A DNA stretch of 64,000 bases, from assembly GCA_963703345.1 (NCBI GenBank), contig OY969814.1:1024001-1088000 (forward strand). The letters are read 5' to 3'. This document shows, one piece after another, positions 9,501 through 17,326 of the stretch; within the stretch, counting starts at the first letter, position 1, and every line of letters begins with the position of its first letter. A model generated the notes under the pieces. It did no database searches, had not been told where the DNA came from, and saw only the letters and a list, made by a program, of their open reading frames with translations. The translations under genes were made by a program, and so were the position numbers. Origin of the DNA: an uncultured Chloroflexia bacterium (GTDB lineage: Bacteria; Chloroflexota; Dehalococcoidia; DSTF01; JALHUB01).

Positions 9501-10000
9501 GCGCCCGTGCCGCCGGCGCACTTATCGTTCATGTTGGCGAGCTTCCGCTTGCGGCCCGTCTTCGGGTCCTCCCGCCAGATGATGATCTTGGCGTCCTGCC
9601 CTCCCAACTCGATGACTGAGCCCACGTCCGGCTGCAGTGCCTCCGCGGCCAGGGAGACGGCGTTGACCTCCTGCACGAACCGCGCCCCAATGTGAGGGGC
9701 GAGCGTCGCGCCGCCGCTTCCGGTGACGAAGATGCGGAACTGCTCGACGGGCAAGAGGAAGCGCTCTTCTATCTCCTTGAGGACCTCGAGGACCTTCTCC
9801 GGCTGGCACGTCTCATGGAGGCGGTAGTCGGCGCAGAGGATCTCCTTGCTGTCGGGCGCGACGACCACGTACTTGACGGCTGTCGAGCCAACGTCAAGCC
9901 CGATGATGAGCTCGCAGTGAGACGAGCCGTCGCCGTCCTGATGCGGTGTCAAGACCGAGGACGACAAAGCATGTGTGGTACCGTCACCCTCAACCTCCAA
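6518..10000 (-). CDS. CoA-substrate-specific enzyme activase (two BadF/BadG/BcrA/BcrD ATPase domains + DUF2229-like)
   Basis: GLDVGST and GLDGGST, GGQDAK/GGQDIK, CAGGTG/CSAGNG, DPCYPAK and GRPYH motifs. Start codon uncertain. Confidence 0.9.
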   Translation of the reverse strand: MEVEGDGTTHALSSSVLTPHQDGDGSSHCELIIGLDVGSTAVKYVVVAPDSKEILCADYRLHETCQPEKVLEVLKEIEERFLLPVEQFRIFVTGSGGATLAPHIGARFVQEVNAVSLAAEALQPDVGSVIELGGQDAKIIIWREDPKTGRKRKLANMNDKCAGGTGAVIDRIAAKLHLSPAQLREMRYASAKVYPVAGKCGVFAETDMNSLQKQGVPPEDLMVSLFEAIVQQNLSVLTRGNVLRPKVLLLGGPNTFFPCLQEAWRRHVPRLWEERGLALPAGSTAEELIVVPEHSLYYAALGTALYGQQEEGLAGTYAGTAALEEYIDLGRRKAKQHTGQRGPLAPGEDLEEFRRLYGTKPFTPLAFSPGQVVEAYMGLDGGSTSTKAVLTDVGGNLLAKAYQLCKGNPLQDAKEILGELRRQVEGQGARLRILGMATTGYAKDLLKEALGADLAIPETVAHARSALRYYPDVDVIADVGGQDIKVIIMKAGAVKDFKLNTQCSAGNGYFLQSTTARFGYDLNQWADVALSAERAPAFHYGCAVFLEQDISHFQQLGWQPSEIMAGLALTLPKNVWLYVVQETNLARFGKTFLLQGGTHYNLAVVKAQYDFIKARVPDAKIHVHPHAGESGALGAASEAIRVSDGGESSFIGFDRVEALTFTTTRDESTRCSFCKNKCLRTFVDIRTSPEHTTRFISATCERGMAESIDAVRVFNTRENAVKKANPNFIEIAAREAFHSYSPQSVAATNGSGRRFLSVWDGSGTVARLRERRATVRIGIPRLLTMYSYAPFFTAYLESLGVLHRNILWSDYTDDQMFREGSRRGSIDPCYPAKIAVSHVHNLLTKKQPDIVFFPEMMNVPSDIYECQAGWSCPTVQGIPEVVKAAFTTEKDAFAEKGACFYAPVLHMAEPNLFEQQMLTFVRPILGVSPEENAAAMREGYRALAAFRGSLRRRAREVLDRLEDEGRLGIVLLGRPYHNDPGVNHDIPELIQRLGYPVFTIDSLPMDDDILDRLFGEEVRWGEIGDPRDIHDVWKHTFSENTSRKVWAAKFVARHPNLAGIDFSSFKCGLDSPIYHVIEGILEAAGTPYFAFHDLDENRPVGSIKLRVETIDYFLRRRLEDMQRRRETEQEIERRVASYRKRLQEEILLVGGGRVHDRVSG

Positions 10001-10212
10001 GATCTGCCCGCGATGCCGTCCCCAGAAAAGGATGAGCCCCGCCGGCGTAAGACGCGCTGTAGAGTGGAAGCTCGGCTCCTGCGATCTCTAATAATACCAG
10101 TGACCCCCTTCAAGAGCGCTACCCCAGTCTATGTTAGTGCGACCACCACCCCAAGCCGTAACGAGTCGGAGCATCTGCTCGGGAATCGGATGGTTGCCGC
10201 GTCGGAAACGCG

Positions 10213-10238
10213 AAAGGCTGGGCAAAATGCCCAGCCTT
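10213..10238 (-). terminator. Intrinsic terminator-like hairpin downstream of the tRNA-Gly fragment
   Basis: AAGGCTGGGC-AAAAT-GCCCAGCCTT; related hairpins lie at ~4478-4503 and 38607-38632. Confidence 0.55.
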
Positions 10239-10257
10239 GCCTCTGTATGTCAACGGC

Positions 10258-10294
10258 GGAGCGGGAAACGGGACTCGAACCCGCGACCCTCTGC
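10258..10294 (-). tRNA. 3' fragment of tRNA-Gly, copy 2
   Basis: GGAGCGGGAAACGGGACTCGAACCCGCGACCCTCTGC on the plus strand; matches the other Gly fragments. Confidence 0.75.
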
Positions 10295-10321
10295 CCGGAA
10301 TCAGCTGCCGCACGCATCTTC

Positions 10322-10554
10322 TTGACTGGCAGCAGCCAGCACGCCACAATAGCGCTGCCTGGCGCCGCGCCGTATCAGCTACGAGCTGAGCAGCGGAAGA
10401 TTCAGGAGAAACACTCGGCCTGGTCAGATTCTCCGCCTGAATCTTCTCCAATGGCGGCCGCTGGCAGATTCGGGATCGGCGCTTTCGGCGGGATTCCCGC
10501 CCTCAATGATGGGGTTCAGGAGGTCGTGGGTTCGAATCCCACCGCCCCGACCAG
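10322..10554 (+). repeat. Copy 2 of ~230-bp direct repeat
   Basis: High identity to 4620-4852. Confidence 0.9.
10509..10553 (+). tRNA. 3' half of tRNA-Pro(GGG), copy 2
   Basis: Identical 45-mer to 4807-4851. Confidence 0.85.
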
Positions 10555-10690
10555 AATGAAATCAGAGGGTCGCTTTCGAAGCTGGAGAAAAGGCAGCGCG
10601 GCTCTTTTTAGGTGGACGCACCAACGCCTAACGAGTGGGTTCAGGAGGTCGGTCTGGCAAAGGCGACCTCCTGAATGGTATCGGACCAGA

Positions 10691-10715
10691 TCACATTACG
10701 TCACACCTGCTCACA
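10691..10715 (+). repeat. Helically phased TCACA direct repeats (10-bp period)
   Basis: TCACA at 10691, 10701 and 10711; homologous array at 16982-17016. Confidence 0.65.
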
Positions 10716-10998
10716 GCTTGTCTCGCGCCTGAACACCAGAGAAGCGCGATAAGGTGTCAGGCGATAGTAAGAGTTGCTACTTGCCCACCCTCATCCGCCC
10801 CTGCAGTTGACCTCGGTTGTCTCTCTGGCCTCGGTGGGTCGCTTGTGTGGTGGCCCTCTTCTTGTCGCAGTCCTCCAACGAGGACTAGCCCATTTCCACC
10901 TCAGGGGGCAAACCCGGCGCCTCCCCCACCGGGGTGACACGAACCGCTTTACGTCTCAAGCGGCCGAGAGATAGGCTGGCGATTGCTTATCAAGAGAG

Positions 10999-12663
10999 AT
11001 GATGGACACCTCAGGCACACAGTCGCAGTGCGCCGCCCGGTACTACCTTGTGAGCGAACAGAGAACGAGCCTCAGAAACCACAGAGGCCTCCTGCGCCTT
11101 CGAGGGCGAGGCCGCCTGCTGTCGTTGCTCGAGATGCCGGCCATCCTCACCCGACTGAACGTCGCGCCCGATGGACGCTTCGTTCCCGAGATGCAGGATT
11201 GGGAGTCTTTCTGGGCACCGGCGCATGAGCTAGCCAACCCGCAGATCGATCACGTCCTGGAGAGGCTTCACGCTTCCTGGCAGGACTACATCCGATCTCG
11301 CTTCGACCGATCGCTGCAGCGGGAGTACTGCCTCTGGTACTTCTCCCTCCTGGATCTCATCTTGGCGACGCCCGTTGGCCGGCGGGATTCCCTCCCCTGG
11401 CAGCGGGCGCTACGGGCCGTCGTGGGCTTCGAGTGTTTCGGCATAAGGGCACCAGCCCTCGGCGCGGAGGCTCTGGCTGCGGGCACGATGACCCTTCGCA
11501 ACCCCTGTTACGTCCTTGCCAAGCTCAGATGGCCGGACGCCTTGGACGATACCCAGTTCCTTCCCCTCATCGGCCCACCACACGGCAAGCCTGCCAGCCT
11601 CTACTACCACTACCGGCAGTACCGGCTCTCAAAGGATTCACCTATGTCGCTTCTTCTGTATGTGGCGGCCGCTCCCACGCATCGCTTGACGAGCTTCAGA
11701 CTCGTTGAGTCGTTGGCGCGGGGCGTCAGTTCAGGCGGCGATCCTCGCACTGGGCAGCGGGCGCGACGCCTGTGGGAGAAGGTTCTCAGGCCGATCGTCC
11801 AAACTGCCCGCACCGATGCAACGACAGCAATGCCCGTTGAGTTAGTTGACGTCGGCGCGGGCAGTGGCGCCCTGACCGCTGCTCTCTGCCATAGGCTCCT
11901 GGCCTGGGGCGTGGCAAACGGACTCTTGCCTCGGCTTCGCGTATGGTTTGTGGACTTGTGCCTCTCCGACCCGGCGCGGTTCTTTCGGGCCGCTGGCCTG
12001 AGAAACCGCATCGACAGTCTGACGTTCCTGGGCGACGACTATCGCCGTTGGCTGGCGCGGCCGGGGCCGCTGCCCGAATCCTCAGGTATTCGAGTGGCGC
12101 TAATCTCGAAGCTCTTCAACAACTTGAGCCGTTTCTCAGTTTGCCGTTGTCGCACAGATGTGCTATCCTCCTCGTCAACTGGCACACCGTTCATCGACGG
12201 GCGAAGGCACCTGCCGTCTTTCTGTTTGGCGCCCGACGGTGCGGGTCCGGAGGCTCTCGTGATCTCCACTTCACGCCTTGGCTTGGCTGAGGGCCGGACC
12301 TTTGCCCAAGCCTCACTCTCAGACTACTACCGTGCGCTCCAGCTGGCGCTCGCGGACGGCAAAGAGGAGGAGGTATCGGAGGACGGAGCCTGGCTGCCAC
12401 TGAGGGCCCTCGATCCTGGATGCCTCATCGCCGCCGACGGGACGAGTGTACTCGCGCGGCTCTTGGAGCACTGCGACTACCTCATCGTTGAGGACGCCGA
12501 TCTGAGGCCGAAGGACATCGTCAAACACCTGCGAGCGTTCTCGCTGGATGGGCTGGCCGCCCTTGACATGACCAAGACGCTGGGCCTCATCGGGAACCAC
12601 GCATACCTACTCTCAAGCAAGGGTGAAAAGAAGACTTCACTACCGGGGGAGCGAATATGGTAG
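10999..12663 (+). CDS. Hypothetical protein with a class I SAM-dependent methyltransferase-like C-terminal region
   Basis: LVDVGAGSG motif I followed by WFVD (acidic end of strand 2); N-terminal half not recognised. Confidence 0.65.
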   Translation: MMDTSGTQSQCAARYYLVSEQRTSLRNHRGLLRLRGRGRLLSLLEMPAILTRLNVAPDGRFVPEMQDWESFWAPAHELANPQIDHVLERLHASWQDYIRSRFDRSLQREYCLWYFSLLDLILATPVGRRDSLPWQRALRAVVGFECFGIRAPALGAEALAAGTMTLRNPCYVLAKLRWPDALDDTQFLPLIGPPHGKPASLYYHYRQYRLSKDSPMSLLLYVAAAPTHRLTSFRLVESLARGVSSGGDPRTGQRARRLWEKVLRPIVQTARTDATTAMPVELVDVGAGSGALTAALCHRLLAWGVANGLLPRLRVWFVDLCLSDPARFFRAAGLRNRIDSLTFLGDDYRRWLARPGPLPESSGIRVALISKLFNNLSRFSVCRCRTDVLSSSSTGTPFIDGRRHLPSFCLAPDGAGPEALVISTSRLGLAEGRTFAQASLSDYYRALQLALADGKEEEVSEDGAWLPLRALDPGCLIAADGTSVLARLLEHCDYLIVEDADLRPKDIVKHLRAFSLDGLAALDMTKTLGLIGNHAYLLSSKGEKKTSLPGERIW

Positions 12664-13628
12664 ACGTCATCAGGGCGGGCCGCAGGTCGGCGGTCCTGAC
12701 GCCGTCCGACCTCCCTTGCCTCTCGACGATCCCAACCATCAACCTCACCGCCGGCTGTCTCCACGGCTGCGCCTACTGCTACATCCGCGGCTACAGCACG
12801 TTCCCCGGCGAGGGTCGGGTGGTCCTGTACGAGAACACGCTGGAGAAGCTCCAGCATGAACTTGTGCGACGGCGGGCGAAACCGCGTGCGGTCTACTTCA
12901 GCCCCTCCAGCGACCCCTTCCAGCCAGCACCGGAGGTTCTCGAGCTCGCCCGGGCGGTGCTTGCGTTTCTGCTCAGGGAGGGGATCGGCGTTGCCTTCTT
13001 GACCAAGGGCCGCATTCCCGACAATATAATGCGGCTTCTCGTCGAGCACGCCGAGTTGGTGCGGGCCCAGGTCGGCATCACCACCTTGGACGACGCTGTC
13101 TCGCGGGCGTTCGAGCCCAACTCCGCCAGCCCCGAACAACGCCTGGCGCAGATGCAGGCGCTCATCGCCGCCAACGTGCCGACGGAGGCGCGGCTCGACC
13201 CTGTCCTGCCGGGTCTGACGGACGACCCGCGGTCGATGGATCGCCTCTTCGCCGCCCTGACCCGGATCGGCGTCAGGCGGGCGGCGGCGAGCGTGCTCTT
13301 CCTCAGACCGGCCATCGTGCAATCTCTTCGATGGAACGTGCCCGACAAGGAGATGCTGGCGCGGCTCCTCAGCGCCTACCAGGGGAGCGAGCGTATAGGG
13401 CTCCGCGGCACCGGATCACACGTCCAGACGCTGCCGTCCGCGGTCAGAGGCGAACTCTTCGCGCGGATGCGGGAGATAGCGTTGGCGCACAGCATCGAGT
13501 TGAGTATCTGCGCCTGCAAGAACCCTGACCTGGCGAGCGGCTCCTGCAATATCGCCGGCAGATGGCCCAAGCAGGAGGCCTGGTCCGTTCAGCCTGTCCT
13601 TGCAGGTGAGTTTGCCAGCAGGCAGTGA
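12657..13628 (+). CDS. Radical SAM protein, spore-photoproduct-lyase-like family
   Basis: GCLHGCAYCY (CxxxCxxC), SSDPFQP, LTKG, FEP and PVLPGLTD motifs; start overlaps the upstream stop. Confidence 0.9.
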   Translation: MVDVIRAGRRSAVLTPSDLPCLSTIPTINLTAGCLHGCAYCYIRGYSTFPGEGRVVLYENTLEKLQHELVRRRAKPRAVYFSPSSDPFQPAPEVLELARAVLAFLLREGIGVAFLTKGRIPDNIMRLLVEHAELVRAQVGITTLDDAVSRAFEPNSASPEQRLAQMQALIAANVPTEARLDPVLPGLTDDPRSMDRLFAALTRIGVRRAAASVLFLRPAIVQSLRWNVPDKEMLARLLSAYQGSERIGLRGTGSHVQTLPSAVRGELFARMREIALAHSIELSICACKNPDLASGSCNIAGRWPKQEAWSVQPVLAGEFASRQ

Positions 13629-13640
13629 AAAGGTGAACGC

Positions 13641-14274
13641 ATGCTTCAGGATATCCCTATTGATAGCCTTGTCGCCCATCCTGACAACAGCAACCACATG
13701 AGCACCGAGATGCTCAAGAAGCTGCGTCGGCATATCGAACGGACGGGAAGATACGAGCCGCTGACTGTCCGCCCGCACCCGAGCGCGGAGGACAAGTATG
13801 AGGTTCTCAACGGTCACAACCGGCTGCGCGTCCTTCGGGCTATCGGACGAAACTCGGCGTGCTGTGTCGTGTGGGATGTCGACGACTCCCAGGCCAGGCT
13901 CTATCTCGCCACACTCAACCGCCTCGCCGGCAGCGATACTCCGGAACGGCGGGCGGCTCTTCTGGAGAACCTTCTAGGCACCTTCGATATGACGGAGCTT
14001 TTGGGGGTTGCTCCCTGATAGTCAACGCCAAATCGAGGAGCTCCAGCGGCTGTCACGCCTGGACACAGAAGAACTCATCTCTTCCGGCATGACTGACAGA
14101 GACGAATCTGGCGTGCCCGTTATCCTAGACTTCGTTCTGGAGGAGTCCGAGGCCAAGGAAGTGAACCTCGCCCTGGACATGGTCCGAGCCCCTGAAGGAC
14201 AGAGCATCTCCAGCGGCCAGGCGCTTGTCCGGCTCGCACGCTTCTATCTCGCTGGCTGCAAGCCAAGCTGCTGA
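13641..14274 (+). pseudogene. ParB/Srx N-terminal-domain protein split by a 1-nt insertion in the G run at 14003-14007
   Basis: HPDNSN, PLTVR, YEVLNGHNRLR and LNRLAG motifs. Dropping one G gives ...TELLGLLPDSQRQIEEL..., joining ORFs 13641-14018 and 14008-14274. Could be a sequencing error. Confidence 0.75.
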
Positions 14275-14317
14275 GAGTAGGCCGCCGCTCCATGCTCCCA
14301 ATCTGAGGCAGGCTTCT

Positions 14318-14716
14318 ATGGGGAACGACCACTTTTCAGAGCTGCTGCGGCACTTCAAGCGGAGTGAGGCTCCCGAGGCCGTCCTCCTCGTAGCCGACGA
14401 CCCAACGCTTACCAAGATCGTCGTGGCATGGAACAATCTTGACCTACGGCCGGGCAAGAAGCCTAGGCGATCCCCCGGAGAGTCGGAGCATGACCAGTGG
14501 GACTGGCTCTGGGCCAACGTCAGCTATTCCCTCGAGGACTTGGCCGAGAGAAGCGGTCTCACTGTCGCTCTCATCGAGCGGAAGCTTAAGCCGCTCATCG
14601 GGAACCGCATTCTGTATCCCGACGGTTCTGTGAACTCGTTCGTGCAGCGGTATCTGCGGGAACGGGTACTCAAGCTGTTCGATGCGAAACCGAGGAAGCC
14701 GGCCAAAACCGGTTGA
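14318..14716 (+). CDS. Hypothetical protein, possible winged-HTH C-terminus
   Basis: Same strand as the operon. YSLEDLAERSGLTVALIERKLKPL is HTH-like. Start taken at ATG 14318. Confidence 0.65.
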   Translation: MGNDHFSELLRHFKRSEAPEAVLLVADDPTLTKIVVAWNNLDLRPGKKPRRSPGESEHDQWDWLWANVSYSLEDLAERSGLTVALIERKLKPLIGNRILYPDGSVNSFVQRYLRERVLKLFDAKPRKPAKTG

Positions 14717-14968
14717 CACTCTTCACAACGGCCGCAGGCGCCATTCCGCCAGCGCAGTACCTACGGCTGTTTGCTCGATCCGCTGTGTCTGACCTACAAG
14801 CACATGCGGCCGGAGGACTCAGCCCATCTCATTAGTCTACGCCACCCTCGCCACAATCCGTGGCTGGCCGACTAACCGCCCCGCCGCGGATTTGCGGGTC
14901 ACACCAGGAATACAGGCGGCGGGGGCAGCTACGGACAGCGTTTTGCCTCCACACCTCTGGCGCCCCAC

Positions 14969-15002
14969 TTGCATGTCATCGGAATGTCAAATATAGTTTG
15001 AC
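14969..15002 (+). promoter_or_regulatory. Sigma70-like promoter with palindromic operator for abiEi
   Basis: TTGCAT-17bp-TATAGT. GTCAAA-N5-TTTGAC spans the -10. The ATG is 7 nt after the -10, so the mRNA is probably leaderless. Confidence 0.7.
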
Positions 15003-15004
15003 CT

Positions 15005-15643
15005 ATGAGTGACATCAATGCCGCATCGCGCACCCGCCGACCTGCTTCCCAACCGGATCGCGCCCGACTCTTCGATATCGCTTCAGAGCAGGGTGGCTAC
15101 TTCACGGCTGAGCAAGCCCGGGTTTCTGGTTTTAGCCGATCACTTGTCTCGCATCACGTGAAGAGCGGCCGGTTCATCAGAGTACGTCGGGGACTGTATC
15201 GCTTTCGTGAGTATCCGGCGTCGCCGCGTGAGCACGTGCTCGCCGCGTGGCTCGCAGTAGGGAAGGACGTAGCCGTCGTCTCGCACGAAAGCGCACTTGA
15301 CCTGCTCGACCTCAGCGACGTGATACCGGATGCGGTACACCTTACTGTTCCTCGGTCGCGGCGCAACGTCCTCACGCTCCCCGGTGTGAAGGTCCACACC
15401 ACTGCTCGATCACCAAGGTCGGAAGACGTTGTCGTGCGCGATGGTATGGCCATCACCTCGGCCACGCGCAGCATCCTCGACGCAGCCGAGATGGGGACAG
15501 CACCGGAGCAGCTTGAGATGGCTGTCATTCAGGCGATTGAGCGCGGCCTGGCCACCCCGCGACAACTGCGGCAGGATGCCGTAGCGCGCGGACGGCGAGT
15601 GGCAACACTGATCGAGGAAGCGCTTCGCAGGTTTCGGCAATGA
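15005..15643 (+). CDS. abiEi: Type IV toxin-antitoxin AbiEi-family antitoxin
   Basis: QGGYFT, RVRRGLYR, VVSHESAL and VHLTVP motifs; ATGA overlap with the next gene. Confidence 0.88.
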   Translation: MSDINAASRTRRPASQPDRARLFDIASEQGGYFTAEQARVSGFSRSLVSHHVKSGRFIRVRRGLYRFREYPASPREHVLAAWLAVGKDVAVVSHESALDLLDLSDVIPDAVHLTVPRSRRNVLTLPGVKVHTTARSPRSEDVVVRDGMAITSATRSILDAAEMGTAPEQLEMAVIQAIERGLATPRQLRQDAVARGRRVATLIEEALRRFRQ

Positions 15644-16524
15644 AATACGCCACTCCCGGCGCATTCCGTAGGGCTCTCGAACAGTGACTCCTGACGATGG
15701 CCAGGGAGACAGATGTCCCACTGATGCGGCTGCGCAAGCTCGTTGTCTTCGACCGCTTGATGGCGCGCCTGGTGGTCGTGGCTCCGAACCGCTGGGTCGT
15801 CAAGGGTGCGGCGGCCCTCCTCTTTCGCCTGGGAGCCAGGTCTCGCACCACGAAAGACCTCGATCTCGGGCGCCAAGATAACGAGGAGGCGGCAACGGCC
15901 GACTTTCTTGCAGCACAGTCGCTCGATCTTGGTGACCACTTCACGTTTGCCATCGAGCGCACGAAGAAGCTGGACGCGATGCTGGAAGGTGTCGCGGTGC
16001 GGTACCACGTTGTCGCAGAGTTCGGCGGGCGCGTGTTTGAGGACGTGACGGTCGACGTCGGCTTCGGGGATCCCGTCGTCGCTGATCCAGAGCTCGTGCG
16101 CGGACCAGATCTACGGAGCTTCGCGGATATCCCTCCCGCCGAAGTGCCGGCGTTGCCTCTGGAACAGCATGTCGCCGAGAAGATTCATGCCTACACCCGG
16201 AGCTACGTCGGCGGCCGCCCGAGCACCCGTGTCAAGGACCTTCTCGACCTCGCCATGATGGGGTCGCTCTTCAGCTTCCAGGCTGGCCGCCTGCGGCGAG
16301 CCCTTGAGGCCACGTTTGCTGCTCGTGATACCCATCTGCTGCCATCTGTGCTTCCTGCGCCACCGCCCCAGTGGGGTGTTGCGTACCGAAGGACGGCTAC
16401 CGAGGTCGGTTTGGACTCTGACATGTCGATGGGGTACGAGCAGGCGGCGGCGTTTCTCAATCCGATCTTGGCGGGGACAACTCCATCTGATGCCCGATGG
16501 GATCCCGTGCAGCGTACCTGGTAG
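15640..16524 (+). pseudogene. abiEii: AbiEii-family nucleotidyltransferase toxin with a premature TGA at codon 16 (possible restart at 15697)
   Basis: MKYATPGAFRRALEQ*LL; KGAAAL (usually KGG), RTTKDLDL, AEKIHA and STRVKDLLDL motifs. Confidence 0.85.
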
Positions 16525-16804
16525 TAGGAGGGGTCACGAGACGGCATGGAGTAGTAGGATAAGGCCTCGCCTCAGACACGAGAATGGGCCCGATAGCGCC
16601 GTCCAGGATCACACGGGAGGACTTGCGCCGAACTTCAAAACCTTGGGTATCGCTTCTTGGCCAGCGCCGCCTGCCCCTTGCACAATATGCTGAAATAGCT
16701 AGAATTAGCTCGAATTAGGTGCGGCGCGACCGCCTGAATAGGCGCCGAAGGCGGTCCGCATCGAATCTGAAAAGGCCGGTTTCGCCTCGAAACTCAGCCT
16801 CCAA

Positions 16805-16849
16805 ATGGGGTTCAGGAGGTCGTGGGTTCGAATCCCACCGCCCCGACCA
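16805..16849 (+). tRNA. 3' half of tRNA-Pro(GGG), copy 3
   Basis: Identical 45-mer; shares downstream GAATGAAATCAG with copy 2. Confidence 0.85.
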
Positions 16850-16863
16850 GAATGAAATCAGGA

Positions 16864-16905
16864 GGTCGGTTTCGAGGCTAACAGCCCGCGAAACCGACCG
16901 TTTTT
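16864..16905 (+). terminator. Intrinsic terminator after the tRNA-Pro 3' half
   Basis: GGTCGGTTTCG...CGAAACCGACC stem followed by GTTTTT. Confidence 0.7.
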
Positions 16906-16981
16906 GCGTTCCTCCAAGGCCGCCTGTAATCAGGAGGTCGCTTCCACAAGCAGGCAGCCTCCGGAGGATCGTCTCACCACA

Positions 16982-17016
16982 TCACACCGCGTCACACCTG
17001 CTCACAACCCGTCACA
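16982..17016 (+). repeat. Helically phased TCACA direct repeats (4 copies, 10-bp period)
   Basis: TCACA at 16982, 16992, 17002 and 17012; shares CGTCACACCTGCTCACA with the 10.7-kb array. Confidence 0.7.
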
Positions 17017-17040
17017 GGGCGCCCCGGCTCAGGCGGAGAG

Positions 17041-17091
17041 TTCGGTTTCCTAAACCGAAGGGCGCAGGTTCGAGTCCTGCCGGGAGTATCA
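17041..17091 (+). tRNA. tRNA-Arg(CCT) fragment/pseudogene
   Basis: Anticodon arm TCGGT-TTCCTAA-ACCGA, T-arm GCAGG-TTCGAGT-CCTGC, degenerate end ATCA; weak D-arm-like traces upstream. Confidence 0.75.
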
Positions 17092-17094
17092 CAC

Positions 17095-17220
17095 CCGAAT
17101 GGATTGTCGGCACACTACAGCGCCGGATCGTCGCTCTACCGGTTCTCGGTGGCCTTCACCACGAGTACGATTGGGTGGCCGCTTGAGGTACGCAGATGGA
17201 TCCAATATTGTTCCCTCACA
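17095..17220 (+). mobile_element. Internally deleted IS remnant (transposase C-terminus + terminal IR)
   Basis: Encodes IVGTLQRRIVALPVLGGLHHEYDWVAA, similar to the 30535-31566 C-terminus; ends ...ATTGTTCCCTCACA. Confidence 0.8.
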
Positions 17221-17326
17221 GGGTGCGGCATGAGCCGCCCGCAGCTCGGATCGGGGTCCTTCGACCCCACAACGGTCTGCGCAGGCCTTAGCGTGGATCT
17301 GAGATAAGCATGCGAACGCCCTGGAA

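Noticed and set aside
9692-10732. 346-aa ORF across the repeat module, considered as a possible integrase
   Set aside because: It reads through antisense activase sequence and tRNA fragments (ERETGLEP, VVGSNPTAPT); no tyrosine- or serine-recombinase motifs.
15685-15687. Selenocysteine or TGA recoding in abiEii
   Set aside because: The position corresponds to a likely Arg in a non-redox protein, and TGA is a normal stop for many genes here.
4620-16905. Classical integron with attC sites
   Set aside because: No intI gene and no evident RYYYAAC/GTTRRRY-bounded attC; the boundaries are tRNA-derived.
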